The notes below the pieces were generated by a model. It had not been told where the DNA came from. It saw nothing but the letters and a program-made list of their open reading frames with translations, and made no database searches. Below, piece after piece: positions 36,284 through 49,290 of a stretch of DNA of 64,000 nucleotides (the first letter of the stretch is position 1; each line of letters opens with the position of its first letter). The DNA is from Octopus vulgaris. Taxonomy: Eukaryota. The position numbers were made by a program, and so were the translations under genes. The DNA lies in assembly GCA_951406725.2 (NCBI GenBank), contig OX597817.1:99820001-99884000 (forward strand). Direction: 5' to 3'.

Positions 36284-39200
36284 ATCCGGAGGAGGTGAGC
36301 ACGTCACCTTCTTCCATCTCGTTTCCCAAAAATCGTGCATTCTTTGTAAAAGATCTGGTGTCGAAGAAATTCTTCATGGTGGACACTGGCTCTTGTTGCA
36401 GCATCTGGCCCCTTCGTCTGGCTGCAGACAAGCCCAAGTGCTCTTCAATTGTCTTGCATGCTATTGACTCGTCTCCCATAACCACTTACGGTCAGATTTC
36501 GCTGCGCCTCGACATCAACCTTCGTCGAGATTTTCAATGGGTTTTCGTCATCGCTGACATCCCGCATCCTATTCTCGGCGCTGATTTCCTGGATAGGTTT
36601 AATCTATTGGTGGATGTCAGGCGTCGGAGGCTTCTTGATAGCACAACATCGCTCTCTACACCGACTGGGAGTTCCACCAATGCGGTCCTTAGCCCGACAT
36701 TCTTTGTTGCCACCTCTGGAGACCCTTTTCACTCTCTTTTGGTTTCATTTCCGGAGGTAGTGGACATTGCCTTTAAACCGGAAAAGCCTACCCACTCGAC
36801 CCTCCATTTTATCACCACCACTGGGCCACCTGTATTTTCGTGCCCACGGCACCTTGCACCTGACCGACTAAAAACGGCCAGGGCCGAGTTTGAGCACATG
36901 CTTCAACTTGGCCTTATACGCCCCTCCACCAGCCCATGGGCATCTCCCCTTCATTTGGCGCGAAAGGGCGAGTCTGATTTTCGCCCGGTTGGAGACTATC
37001 GACACCTCAATGCCGTAGCAATAGCCGACAGATATCCGATCAGAATTCTCCAGGACTTTACGGCAAATCTCCATGGTTGTACCATTTTTTCGAAGGTCGA
37101 CCTTATACGCACGTACCATCAAATACCGGTCAACCCAGCCGACGTTCCGAAAACTGCAATCACTACCCCCTTTGGGTGTTTTGAGTTTTTGTATATGAGT
37201 TTCGGTTTGCGGAATGCTACCAGCACTTTCCAGCGGTTCATTGATGAGGTTGTCCGTGGTCTTGATTTTGTGTTTGCCTATGTCGATGATATACTCATTG
37301 CGAGCGACACACGTGAAAATCATCTCCAGCACCTTTCTCAGCTTTTTCAGCGACTTCGCGCTTATAGTATACGTATAAATCCCGACAAGTGTGTTTTTGG
37401 ACGCTCTTCCCTAGATTTTCTAGGCCATCATATTGATTCGAGTGGAATCAGCCCTCTCTCGTCAAAAGTCGATGCCATTCAATGCATCGCACCCCCCACT
37501 TCCTTGTGCCAGCTCAGGCATTATCTAGGGATGATTAATTTCTACAGACGTTTTATTCCCGGTTGTGCAGATAAGCTACTACCTCTCACCAGGCTATTAA
37601 AGGACACTCCTAGAAAGGACAGTCAAGTCACCCTCTCTGTTGAGGCAGTGACAGCCTTTGAGTTCATTAAGAAGGAGCTGGCTTCTGTTTCTTTGCTTGC
37701 ACATCTGGTTCCTGGTGCTTCTCTCTCTTTGACTGTGGACGCATCGGACACTGCGATTGGCGCTGTGTTACAACACACAGTGGATGATCATATTCGACCT
37801 CTGGCTTTCTTTTCCCGCCAACTGCAACCAGCTGAATGACGATACAGCACCTTTGATCGTGAGCTCCTAGCGATCTATCTATCGGTTCGTCATTTCCAGC
37901 ATCAACTTGAAGGGCGAGTTTTTGTGATCTATACGGATCACAAGCCCCTTACGTTTGCCCTGTGTTCAAAAATGGACAAACTCTCACCTCGTGCTTTCCG
38001 GCACCTGGATTTTATCTCTCAATTCACTAGTAACATTCGACACATACCTAGAAAAGAGAACGTTCCTGCTGACGCTCTCTCTCGCCTTCCAGTTTGCGCC
38101 CTTTCGTCTCCTGCTGCTATCGACTTAGCTGCCATCTCGCAGGAGCAGCCACCTTTGGCGTCGTTAGACCTAACTTCTCCCAAGTTCTCCTGTTGTCAGT
38201 TTTCCTACCTTCCGCTTCCGTCAGCCGAAGGCACCATTCTTTGTGATACTTCCACTGGTTCTCCCAAGCCACTCGTGCCTGAGAACCATCAACGCTCAGT
38301 GTTTGAAGCACTGCACTCCTTATCACATCCTGGCATCGCTGCCACCCTTAAACTAAACACTGCTCGGTTTTTCTGGCCGAATATGCGTCGCACTATTACT
38401 TCTTGGACACGCACCTGCTCCAAGTGTCAACGGTCCAAGATTCAACGGCACGTTCGTGCCCCACTTGGACAATTTCCCCCCACGGAGGCCCGTTTTCGCC
38501 ATGTCCACATCGATCTGGTTGGACCATGGCCTGTGAGTCGCGGATTCTCTTATCTGTTAACTTGTGTCGATCGCTTCTCCCGCTGGCCAGAAGCCATTCT
38601 GATAGCAGACATTTCTGCTGAGACTGTTGCGCGAGCTTTCGTTTCAAACTGGATTTCTCACTTCGGAGTCCCGTCCCGATTGATAACTGATCGTGGACGT
38701 CAATTTGAAGCCTCACTATTTCGCGAATTGTCGCAAATTTTAGGTGTGCACCATATCCACACTACAAGCTACCATCCAGCGTCTAATGGATTAGTTGAGC
38801 GGTTCCATAGACAGCTCAAGGCCGCTCTTCGTGCCTCTTCGGACCCACAGTCCTGGATTGAATTTCTGCCAATTGTGCTTCTCGGCTGTCGGACTGCTGT
38901 CAAGGCAGACCTGGGGTTTTCTGCTGCAGAGCTGCTGTATGGTACCGCACTGGCATTGCCTGGTACGATGTTGGTGCCAGACACTTCCCAGCCCCATGAT
39001 CCGGTGACCTATGTCACCAGACTGCGTGCATATTTTTCGAACCTTCCACCCATGGTTCCCAGGAAGCAATCTCCACCATCCCATCTTCCACCGGATATGG
39101 ACACTTGGTCGCATGTTTTTGTTCGGGACGACTCTGTGAAGGGGCCACTTGTTTCTCCCTATAAAGGACCTTTCCGTGTGCTTTCTCGCACACCAAAGGT

Positions 39201-39474
39201 TTTCACGATTGAGATAAATGGTCGTTCGGAGACCGTTTCCGTGGACCGATTAAAAAAAGCGTATTTTGAGACGTCTTCATCTTTTGATGACAACCTTGAC
39301 ACACCCACCTATGCACCTTTAACAACACCTTCACCTGCACAGACGCCTTTGCCTTCACCGGCTCCTACAACACCACCCTCGCCGTCAACGGGTGCCCCGA
39401 GCACACCGTATGTTACAGGATCGGGCAGAACAGTGCATTGGCCCAAGAAACTTTCAAAGACAATCTATATTTAA
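36244..39474 (+). pseudogene. pol: Gypsy pol (protease, RT, RNase H, integrase) with a single nonsense codon at 37837-37839
   Basis: VDTGS, YVDD, DASD, HxxxHPG...CxxC, DLVG/TDRG/VERFHR, GPF; ORFs 36244-37839 and 37924-39474 are in the same frame, -1 to gag. Confidence 0.93.
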
Positions 39475-39607
39475 CTTTCTTTCAAATTTTCTTGTTTTGT
39501 ATGATATTATGTACCAAGTTTTCTGGGGGATCGGCAAGCCATCTGTTTTTCTGCAGCACCACCACAAATTTTCTTGTTGTCATACTTTCGCACTCGAGGG
39601 GGAGCCT

Positions 39608-40018
39608 TGTAGTGATGCTACTGTGTAGGGTTCAGCGTGCATGCACAGAATGGGACTACTTCCGGGTGGCCACCGGAAGTCTTCCCCATGCGCATGTGCG
39701 GGAAACGATCCCTTAGGCCCGCTAAACTCAATTCTCTCTCTCTGGCAGACAGCCAACGCGAACAGACGTGCATTTCGTAGACTCTGATAACCTCACCGAC
39801 TTAGCCGCGAACGACATCGAACCACTTCAACAAACGAACAAGAAGCTGTGCATCAGAGGCTGTCGTTCTCCCATCAGATATATGTACGCCATCGCAATTA
39901 ATAAACAAACTGCTGTCTTTCACCTATAACCTGACTTCATCTGTTATGTCTTACTAAATTGTATGTGACGGGATCGGATTGACACCCTTTCAGTGATACC
40001 GATACAGATCCTGTTATA
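39608..40018 (+). repeat. 3' LTR
   Basis: Direct repeat of 34763-35173; terminal CA changed to TA. Confidence 0.95.
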
Positions 40019-41390
40019 GAGGCAACTGGTGGAGACAGTAGACAGGGGAAGATAATGGGAAATGGAAGTGATTTGGAGTGGGGAAGAAAGGTAACTGAGA
40101 AAGCAGGGGATGTAGTATGTATCCATTCTGCTCTCAGGTGATAGAGAAGTGATAGGTGTTAGGGTATGAAATGTGTGTGTGTGGGAGGTTGACAGGAGAG
40201 AGCTCTTTATGGAAAAGCATTACCAAGGTGGTTTTAGGATATCAATTCAGCTGTGGTGGTGGGGTCTTCTTGAATACAGCAAGGTGCCAGATATCTTGAT
40301 CCTTTGTCATCTTCGTAAAGCTCAGATCAGCCTTCAATATTTTGTCCCATGTCTTCCAGAAGTTCCATCTGCTTTAAGCGATCGGCACTTCTTTAACCAA
40401 CTGTCCTCATTCATATGCATCACATGGCCAAACCAGCACAGGCTTCTCTCTTACCACTGCATCTAATTTCTATAATCCTTAAATTTTCTCTCAATACAAT
40501 AGCACTGTTGCATGTGTACACTGATATTGCACATTCAGCAGAGCATACTAGCTTCATTCCTCTCCATTCTGCACTTGTCCTCTACATTCAGGGCCCATGT
40601 GACATTGCTGTTCATATACATGTATCATACAACTTTCCTTTCACCTAGAAAGGTTTTTAGTTGACAGTAGGAGTAAAAGCTCTCTGAACTTTCTCCATCC
40701 TGTTCTTATTCTAGCAATTAGACTTTCAGTACATTCTCCTTCTCTGATAATTAGGTCACCTAAGTAGCAGAAATTATCCACTACCTCTAAAGAGCCTCCA
40801 GAGCATTTGAGAAAATCAATTTTCTATGTATCTGTAGACTTTATGGCTCCTGGGCATCTTCCTCATACAAACACTACTTTCTCTGTAAACCTTCCTATTA
40901 TTATACTGCACCTCTTCTGTGTCCATGGCTTGCTCTGAATTTCTGCCTATACCTTTCCTACATATTCAGCAGGGACATTTAACTGAAAGGGTTAGGATCC
41001 TGTCTGTTTTCTAGCTTACTAGAATCTTGGTCTTAGCTAAGTTAATTTTGAGGCCCTTTGATTCCAGATTTTGCTTCCACACCTGGAATTTCTTTTCTAG
41101 TTCCAGTACGGATTCTGTTATGAGAGCAAGATCATCAGGTTATAATAGTTTCCATGGGCAGCTGGTCTTAAATCATTTTGTTAGGCCTGGAGGACGATGA
41201 TGAACAGGACAGGGTTGAAGAATGAACCTTTGTGAACACTTACCTCTAAACTAGATCCATCACTGGATTCATGGCTAACTCTTACCTTACTAACTGCACC
41301 ACTGTGCATGGTCTGTATTGCTTTCATAAGCCATTTGTCTACACCTAGCTTCCTCAGATACCATCATATCACAGAGCTAGGCACAAGGAC
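40019..41390 (-). mobile_element. Degenerate RTE LINE (RT C-terminal half), right part of the split element
   Basis: Reverse complement matches 21810-22950 (PVLFIIVLQ, CPWKLL*PDDL, FCYLGD). Confidence 0.8.
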
Positions 41391-41439
41391 TTGATGGCAG
41401 TGAGTCCTTGTGCAGAGTGAAAGCAGGTATGGGTGGTGG

Positions 41440-44400
41440 TGTAGTGACATCATCTTCACAGTCTTCAGTGTGCGAGTGCGGAGTTGGAATCTTCTAGAAG
41501 GTTTGCGAAGGTTCCCTCATGCACATGCGCTAAAAGACTGACGGAAAAAGTTCTGTCGCATTCCTTGCTTGTGTTGGAGACTCGGGACGCGGCCGTTGAA
41601 CACTGTAGACGTGCTTTTGATTAACTCCAGATTTGCTGTGTAGTTGCTGACTGACCAAAATGTACATTTCACAATATACCCGAATAAAGAGTTGTATATA
41701 TTGTTCGGATGCCTTTCTCGTTTCCTTACGTATACATTTTTTAAAACAAAGAGGAAGAAATCCTACAAGTGGTGACCCCGAAAACAAGAACACTAGGCCA
41801 ATTCCAGCGACCGAGCTATGTTCCTGTCACAGTTCCAGTGATCCAGCTACATTCCTGCTCCAGTCAACGACGCCGCCAACATACCCCAGCAACTCAGGAC
41901 GTGTTCCACTACCGTTGCTTTCATCTCGATGACGCCTTTCTCCGCCGTCGCCATCTTCACACTGACGCGACCATCAACACCGACATCTTAGTTTATTGTC
42001 GCCTGTACTCACCAACACGACCAATTTTACTCACGCTGTTAGAGTGAGAATCTTTCAGAGAGGAAAACAGTTGTAGTCTACCTATCTATATCAAGAGACT
42101 CGGCACAGCATGATAGCCACAACTTCTACACAGGTAGTAACCGTCTCTGCCACGTGACCCACAACATCTTGTTATAGAACTCTTAATATTGTGTACCTCA
42201 AGAACTGGTAAACTAACTCCACCTTTAACTCTAAGCTGAGACATTCTTTCTATGCTCTGTATTTTGTCTTACATGCATACACCTTGTTTGGTCTTTTGTA
42301 CACACTTACATGAACATGTAGACACAAACACTTGTTGCATGCACTCACACACTCAACTCTGATAGGACTCACACACAAACATTTGTTGGTCCAATTGCTG
42401 GTTTTCTTCTTTTTTAATTTCAATTTATTTTTGTTCCATTTCCTCTTTCATCAGTTTCTACTTTCATTCGTTTTTTCCCTTCCTTTGACAGGATCATCTG
42501 GTAAAATTAAAAACAAAATGTCCTTTGCATCATTACCTGTTTTTACTGGAGATGCAACACTTTGGTTTGCGCAATTAGAGGCACATTTTTCGGCTCATAG
42601 TATTTCTTCTGAGCAACAATTGCAACTTAACTTGCAATTACTGCTAGAGATCTCATTAGAGATCCTAGTCTAGATGCTACTTATGCGTCTGTGAAGGCAG
42701 AGATTTTACGTAGGAATACCAAAAGTGAGGAAAGTAGGTTTAATGAGTTAATGGCAGACGAAGAGTTGGGGGATAGAACGCCGTCACAATTTTTGCACCA
42801 TTTGAGAGAGTTAAGCAGTAAATCCACTGACGATCCCCTACTTCGGAAGATTTTTTTTCAAGATTACCTTCCAATATACAAACAATTTTGGCCACAGCAC
42901 TTGAATCAAATACTGTGGACCAAACATCCACCATGGCTGACAAAATTGTTGAATTCTCCGTGCAGCCATCATCATGTGCTGCTTGCGTCTGCTCCGAGGT
43001 ATCTTCTGCAGACTCAATTGATGGCCTTTCTAAAAAATTGACATTCTTACCAAAAGGATGGACACGATGTGTCGCTATGGCAAGCGTTTCTCAAGATCGC
43101 ATAGTCGTAGTCATTCTGCATCTCGTTCCTCACAGTCAAAGTCCGGACTGTGTTGGTACCACTCCAAATTTGGAGAGAAAGCACACAAGTGCATACAGCC
43201 ATGCACCTTTAAACATTTAAACTAGCTTTGGAGGAGTTGCGCATGTCAACTTCCTCCTCTTCGTTCTCTGGTTATTGTGCATTTTTTGTAAAAGATCTAG
43301 TGTCGAAGAAATTCTTCATGGTAGACACTGGTTCTTGTTGTAGCATTTGGCCTCTGCGTCTTACTAACGACAGGCCAAAACGCTCTAATGTTACTCTGCA
43401 CACTATTGACTCGTCACCAATAGCCACATTCGGGCAGGTTTCGTTACGCCTTGACATAAATCTTCGTCGAGATTTTCAATGGGGTTTTGTCATTGCTGAC
43501 ATTCCGCATCCTATTTTAGGTGTGGATTTTCTAAATCACTTTGATCTATTGGTAGATGTCAGGCGTCAGAGGCTAGTCGATAATTCGACTACACTCTCCA
43601 CGCCGACAAGAGGATCTACCAATTCAGCTCTTAGCCCGACATTTTTTGTCGCTACATCTGGAGATGTTTTTCATTCTCTTTTGGCTTCTTTTCCAGAGCT
43701 AGTCGATATTACTTTTAAAATGGCAAAACCCATACACTCGACATTCCATTTCATTACAACTACTGGGCTGCCTGTTTTTTCGTGCCCACGGCGTCTTGCA
43801 CCTGACCGTCTTAAAACGGCTAGGGCTGAGTTTGAGCATATGCTCCAGCTTGGTCTGATACACCCCTCCACCAGCCCATGGGCATCACCCCTTCATTTAG
43901 TTCAAAAAGGGGATACAGATTTTCGCCTGGTGGGAGATTATCGGTATCTAAATTCTGTGATGATTCCTGATAGATATCCAATAAGAATTCTTCAGGATTT
44001 TTCAGCGAATCTTCATGGCTGTACAATTTTTTCTAAGGTTGACCTCATATGTGCTTATCATCAAATACCAGTCAACCGAGCCGATGTTCCTAAAACGGCA
44101 ATTACCACTCCTTTTGGTTGTTTCAAATTTTTATACATGAGTTTTGGTTTGCGGAACGCCACTAGTACATTCCAACGTTTTATAGATGAAGTTGTTCGTG
44201 GACTTGATTTTTTCGCGTATGTCGATGATATCTTCATTGCAAGTGATACGCATGAAAATCATCTCCAGCACTTGTCTCAGCTATTTCAAGGTCTTTGCGA
44301 ATATGGTGTTCGCATTAATCCAGACAAGTGTGTTTTCAGGCAATCTTCTCTTGACTTTCTCGGTCATTGTATTAATTCGAGTGGAATCAAACCTCTCTCG

Positions 44401-45869
44401 TTTAAAGTCGATGCCATTCAGTGCATCGCATCTCCTTCTTTACGTCAACTTTGCCATTTTTTTGGGTATAGTTAATTTCTATCGACGCTTCATAAACCGG
44501 TGTGCGGACAAGCTGCTTCCTTTAACGCAGCTGCTAAAGGGCAATTCTAAAAAAAGACGCCCATCTTACTCTTTCAGCTGAAGCATTGTCTGCCTTTGAA
44601 TTGGTAAAAAAGGAACTAGCTTCAGTTCCTGTTCTAGCACATTCGGCTCCTGATGCTCCACTTTCTTTATCTGTGGATGCATCAGATTCTGCAGTTGGTG
44701 CTGTTTTGCAGCACACCGTAGATGGTGAAACAAAACCTTTGGCTTTCTTTTCTTGCCAACTGCAGCCTGCCGAACGCAGATATAGTACTTTTGATTGGGA
44801 GTTACTAATGATCTATCTGTCGGTTCGGCATTTTCAGTACCAGCTCAAGGGACGGGAGTTTGTTATTTATACTGATCACAAGCCCCTTACGTTTGCCCTA
44901 TCTTCCAAAACGGACAAACTCTCCCCTCGTGCTTTCCGTCACTTGGACTATATTTCTCAGTGTACAAGACACATTCAACATGTGCCAGGGAAGGAGAACG
45001 TCCCAGCTGATGCTCTCTCTAGGCTCCCTGTCAATTCCATTTCCTCTCCTGCAGCAATTGACTTAACTGCTATTTCGCAAGATCAACCACCTTTAGTGGA
45101 GTTGGATTTAACTTCGTCCAAGTTTATCAATTGTAAGTTTGCCTACCTTCCGCACCCTTCAGCTGAAGGCTCTATTCTTTGTGACATCTCCACCGGTTCT
45201 CCTAGGCCATTAGTACCTGAGAACCATCAACGTTCTGTTTTTGATGCCCTTCATTCATTGTCACATCCGGGCATCTCTGCCACAGTAAAGCTTGTTACTG
45301 CTCGTTTTTTCTGGCCCAATATGCGGCGATCGATTACCTCTTGGGCACGCTTTTGCTTGAAGTGCCAGAGGGCTAAAGTCCATAGACACGTTCTTGCTCC
45401 ACTTGGACAGTTTTCTTCTCCTGAGACCCGTTTTCGCCATGTCCACCTTGATTTGGTTGGACCATGGCCTGTGAGTTGCGGTTTCTCATATATTTTAACT
45501 TGTATTGATCGTTTCTCATGTTGGCCGGAAGCCATTCCTATAGCAGACATTTCTGCTGAAACTGTTGCGAAAGCCTTCATGTCTATCTGGATTTCTAGGT
45601 TCGGTGTACTGTCCAGTTTAACCACAGATCGTGGTCGACAATTCGAAGCTGTTTTATTTCATGAGTTATCATGAATCCTGGGGGTGCATCATATACGCAC
45701 CACTAGTTACCATCCCGCTTCTAATGGGATGGTGGAGCGTTTCCACAGGCAACTTAAGGCCGCATTGTGTGCCTCGCCGAATCCACAGTCGTGGACTGAA
45801 TTTCTTCCTATCATCCAGCTTGGATGTCGGACTGTGGTTAAAGCAGACCTTGGCCTTTCTTCTGCAGAG
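41440..45869 (+). mobile_element. Second Ty3/Gypsy element, decayed and 3'-truncated
   Basis: 5' LTR 41440-41767 (TGTAGTGA...CA), PBS 41770; frameshifted gag ~42518-43225; pol ORFs 43228-44475, 44586-45674, 45684-45875; no 3' LTR. Confidence 0.92.
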
Positions 45870-48020
45870 AAATAGGTGGATAAGGTCATAGAGATAGTGA
45901 GGGTGTGCAACAGAGTACTTTTAAACTCAGGCTAGTCTTACAGAATAGAATAGCTACAATTCTCTCTATGCCTCACATGTAGGCCTACCAATTGAACAGA
46001 AGGATCACTTTTATTATATTCTTCTGCAGCTATCTCAAAGATGAATGACAATGATCTCATCTTTGTGGCTGGAGATTTTAATGGGTATATCAGACAGCAA
46101 CATGGTATCTTCCATGGTGTACATGTGGGCCATGGAGTCGGGACAAGAAATGAAGGAGGAACAAGGTTCCTGGAGTTCTGTGGTACAAATAACCTGTTGA
46201 TCTGCAACACCAACTTCAGGAAGCCAGTCAGCCACCTGATAACCTATCAATCAGGTGACTCTGCTAGCCAGATTGCTTTCATTCTCACCAGACAGTGGGA
46301 AGCACGGTTGCTCTTACATACAAAGACCCACCCTGGTGAAGAATGTACCCCACCCCATAAGCTAGTTATTGGTGACTTTAGACTCGGGGCCAGAAGGATG
46401 CCAAAAAGCAAACCAATCTGGAAAAGAAGGACTTGGAAGCTTAAGAACCCTTCACATGGTCAGAAGTTTAGGGATATCCTTACTGAGAAATTTGATGATA
46501 GGGAGGAGGAGTTACAGTCCTGTGACACAGAAGGCAGCTGGGAACTCCTGCAAGACAGCTTGCTGAGCATCACAGACCAAATCTGTGGATGGTGCAAAGT
46601 CCCTGCCAGACCTAGGGTAACATGGTGGTGGAACAATACTGTAGACAGGGCCATTAGAGCAAAGAAACAGGCCTGGAAGAGTGGGAGTAGCAGGAGACTA
46701 TATCAGATAGGCAAAAGGGAAGCTAGGAGACAGGTATATATAGCCAAGGGAGTAGCAGAAAAGAATTTTGCCTATGTTCAGCAACATGAGGACCAAAGAA
46801 CTGAAGAATTTTGGATTGCAAGACAGTATTTAAAAGAAAACTGTGATGTTATAAGAGAAAAATGTGTCCACATGGATGATGGTGCCCTTGTGTTTAATAA
46901 TTCTGCAAAGAAAGAAGCTTGGAGATGCCATTATGAAAGACTGCTGAATGTGGAGAATGAAAGGGAGGAGTAGAGTCTGGCGAAGGTTGACTCAATTGAG
47001 GGACCAGCTATTCCAATCGACAGTACCCTGATAGATAAAGCAAGACAGGGGAAGTACCTGGCACATCAGGAAACACCACTGAGATGCTTAAAATATTGGG
47101 TGGTGTGGGTTATTGTCTTGTCACCCACATGGTAAATCAGGTAGTTCATGAAGGAGTCATGCCCAATGACTGGTGCAGCAGCACCATAGTTAACTGCTAT
47201 AAAAGTAGAAGCTTTAGATAGAAAAAACTACAGAGACATCAATTACTGGATCAAGTGATGAAAGTTACAGAGAGGGTCATAGCCCAACTAATTATGTAGA
47301 GAGTTCGCCTAGATGAGGTGCAGTTTGGTTTTGTGCCAGGCAGAAGCACCACTGATGCTATATTTCTGGTAAGGCAACTGCAGGAGAAATATCTAGCCAA
47401 AGACAAACCTCTGTACTTGGCTTTTGTTGACTTGGCTTTTGTTGACTTGGCTTTTGTTGACTTTATCTGGTGGTCAATGCAGACACTGGGGATAGATAAG
47501 TGGCTGGTAAGAGCTGTACCATCCCTGTACAGGGACACTGTCAGTAAGGCGAAGGTTGGCAACTAGTATAGTGAAGAATTCCATGTAGAAGTAGTGGTTA
47601 ACCAGGGATCAGTCCTCAACCCCCTCTTATTTATTTTAGTCCTCCAGGCAATAACAGAGGAATTCAAGACAGGTTGCTCCTGGGGGCTCCTGTATGCTGA
47701 TGATCTTGCTCTAATAGACGAGTCACTGCCAGAACTAGAGATGAAGTTTAGGGTATGGAAGCACCCTAAATCAAAGGGCCTTAGGGTTAACCTAGCAAAA
47801 ACCAAAGTCTTAGTAAGTAGGAAGGCTGACAAATCACAAACCCTTTTAGGTAGATGGCCCTGCTTGATTTGTAGAAAAGGCATGGGTAGAAATTCCATGT
47901 GATGTACCTGGTGTAAGCTATGGGCACATAAAAGGTGCAGCAATATCTAAGGAAGTTTAACCGGGAAGATAGTTTTAGTGTGTGGCAGATGCGCAGGGGC
48001 AATAAACACGGAAGATGTAA
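45864..48020 (+). mobile_element. Degenerate RTE LINE, truncated at both ends
   Basis: ORFs 46041-46973, 47318-47566, 47594-47902 homologous to 19913-22992. Confidence 0.9.
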
Positions 48021-48598
48021 GGGAAGCCTACATATTTTGAACTCAGTACATAAAAAGCTAGAAGCACTACAAGCCACTTTTCCAAAAACTTAATGATTCT
48101 GCCACATTGATACACACACATACATGCATCACAACCATATGTGCATAGTATGGTGATCTCATATCAAGATAAACAGTACATGACCTTGCAGGTGGGGCCC
48201 AGTTAGAATACTCTTCAGGTTGAGTCGCCTATCTCACTCAAAAGGTCCTTGAATAAGGGTTGTTTAAGGATGTTGAACGAAATACCCATGTTTCCAGAGA
48301 TGCATTATACAAACCCCAAAGAATTCCTCTCAACACATGGCTACGACGCTCCCCAACTACTTCTGTTTGTGATCAGAGATGCACATATTGTCAGCCACCA
48401 AAGGACATGCTCAACTGTTTAAGGTCAGGCAAATGACAAGCAAATCTGTGGCATTGAACAGAATATTTGCTGTAGCTCATCTTTTTTATCAAAACAAAAC
48501 ATGTACATGATAACACTTCCAATCAGTTAAGATCAGAAGCCATGAAATCCAGTGCCTGATATTGCATCAGGGCAATCATTATTATTATTATTATTATT

Positions 48599-48912
48599 AA
48601 GGCGGTGAGTGGGCAGAATCGTTAACACACTGGGCAAAATGCTTAGCAGTATTTTGTCTGTCGCTTTGCTTTGAGTTTGAATTCCGCTGAAGTCAACTTT
48701 GCCTTTCATCCTTTCGTGGTTGATAAATTAAGTACCAGTGAAACACTGGGGTTGATGTAATCAACTAATCCCCTCTCCTCATAGTTCAGGCCTTGCGCCT
48801 TAAGTAGAAAGGATTATTATTATTAAGGCAGTGAGCTAGCAAAATTGTTAGCATGTCAGGCAGAATGCTTAGTGGCATTTCTTCTGTCTTTACGGTCTGA
48901 GTTCAAATTCTT
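48599..48912 (+). mobile_element. SINE family B (one full plus one partial copy)
   Basis: aaggcggtgagtgggcagaatcgtt...(att)n repeated. Confidence 0.75.
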
Positions 48913-49079
48913 TTTACTCACCTGCCAGGAAAGGCAACAACCCTAGCAATTCTAACATGAATGATGGTAGGTTAAAAGCAAGAACAACTATTACGATGTC
49001 TGTTACCAAATGATCACTGGAACCTTCTTTTGAGATGCTGAAAAGCATCTCTCCTTCCTGTGTTACCTCCCATATCTCT

Positions 49080-49290
49080 TTCCCAGTTTTCAGAGTTGGA
49101 ACTGTAAATGTAGACACATTGAAAGGTAGGTCTAGTATGCCCACACAACCTACTCCATCATTGTTACCTTCCCAGAAGATTTTATACCTATGTGTCTTGC
49201 CTGTGAGGAACCTGGCTGAATTCCTCTCCACCTTACCTTTTGAATGCAACATTCATCAACACACCTCTGTTCAAGCATCTTAACTATCAA
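49080..49290. mobile_element. Rearranged RTE endonuclease N-terminal fragments in both orientations
   Basis: + strand RVGTVNVDTLKGRS, followed by minus-strand ARFLTGKTHRYKIFWEGNNDGVG. Confidence 0.7.

Larger units (their letters stand above)
34763..40018 (+). mobile_element. Full-length Ty3/Gypsy LTR retrotransposon
   Basis: 411-bp LTRs, gagg TSD on both sides, PBS tggtgacccc, PPT gagggggag before the 3' LTR, gag plus PR-RT-RH-INT. Confidence 0.97.

Noticed and set aside
48100-48598. Repeat-like segment ending in a hairpin and (att)n
   Set aside because: Single copy in the window with no recognisable coding motif; cannot be classified
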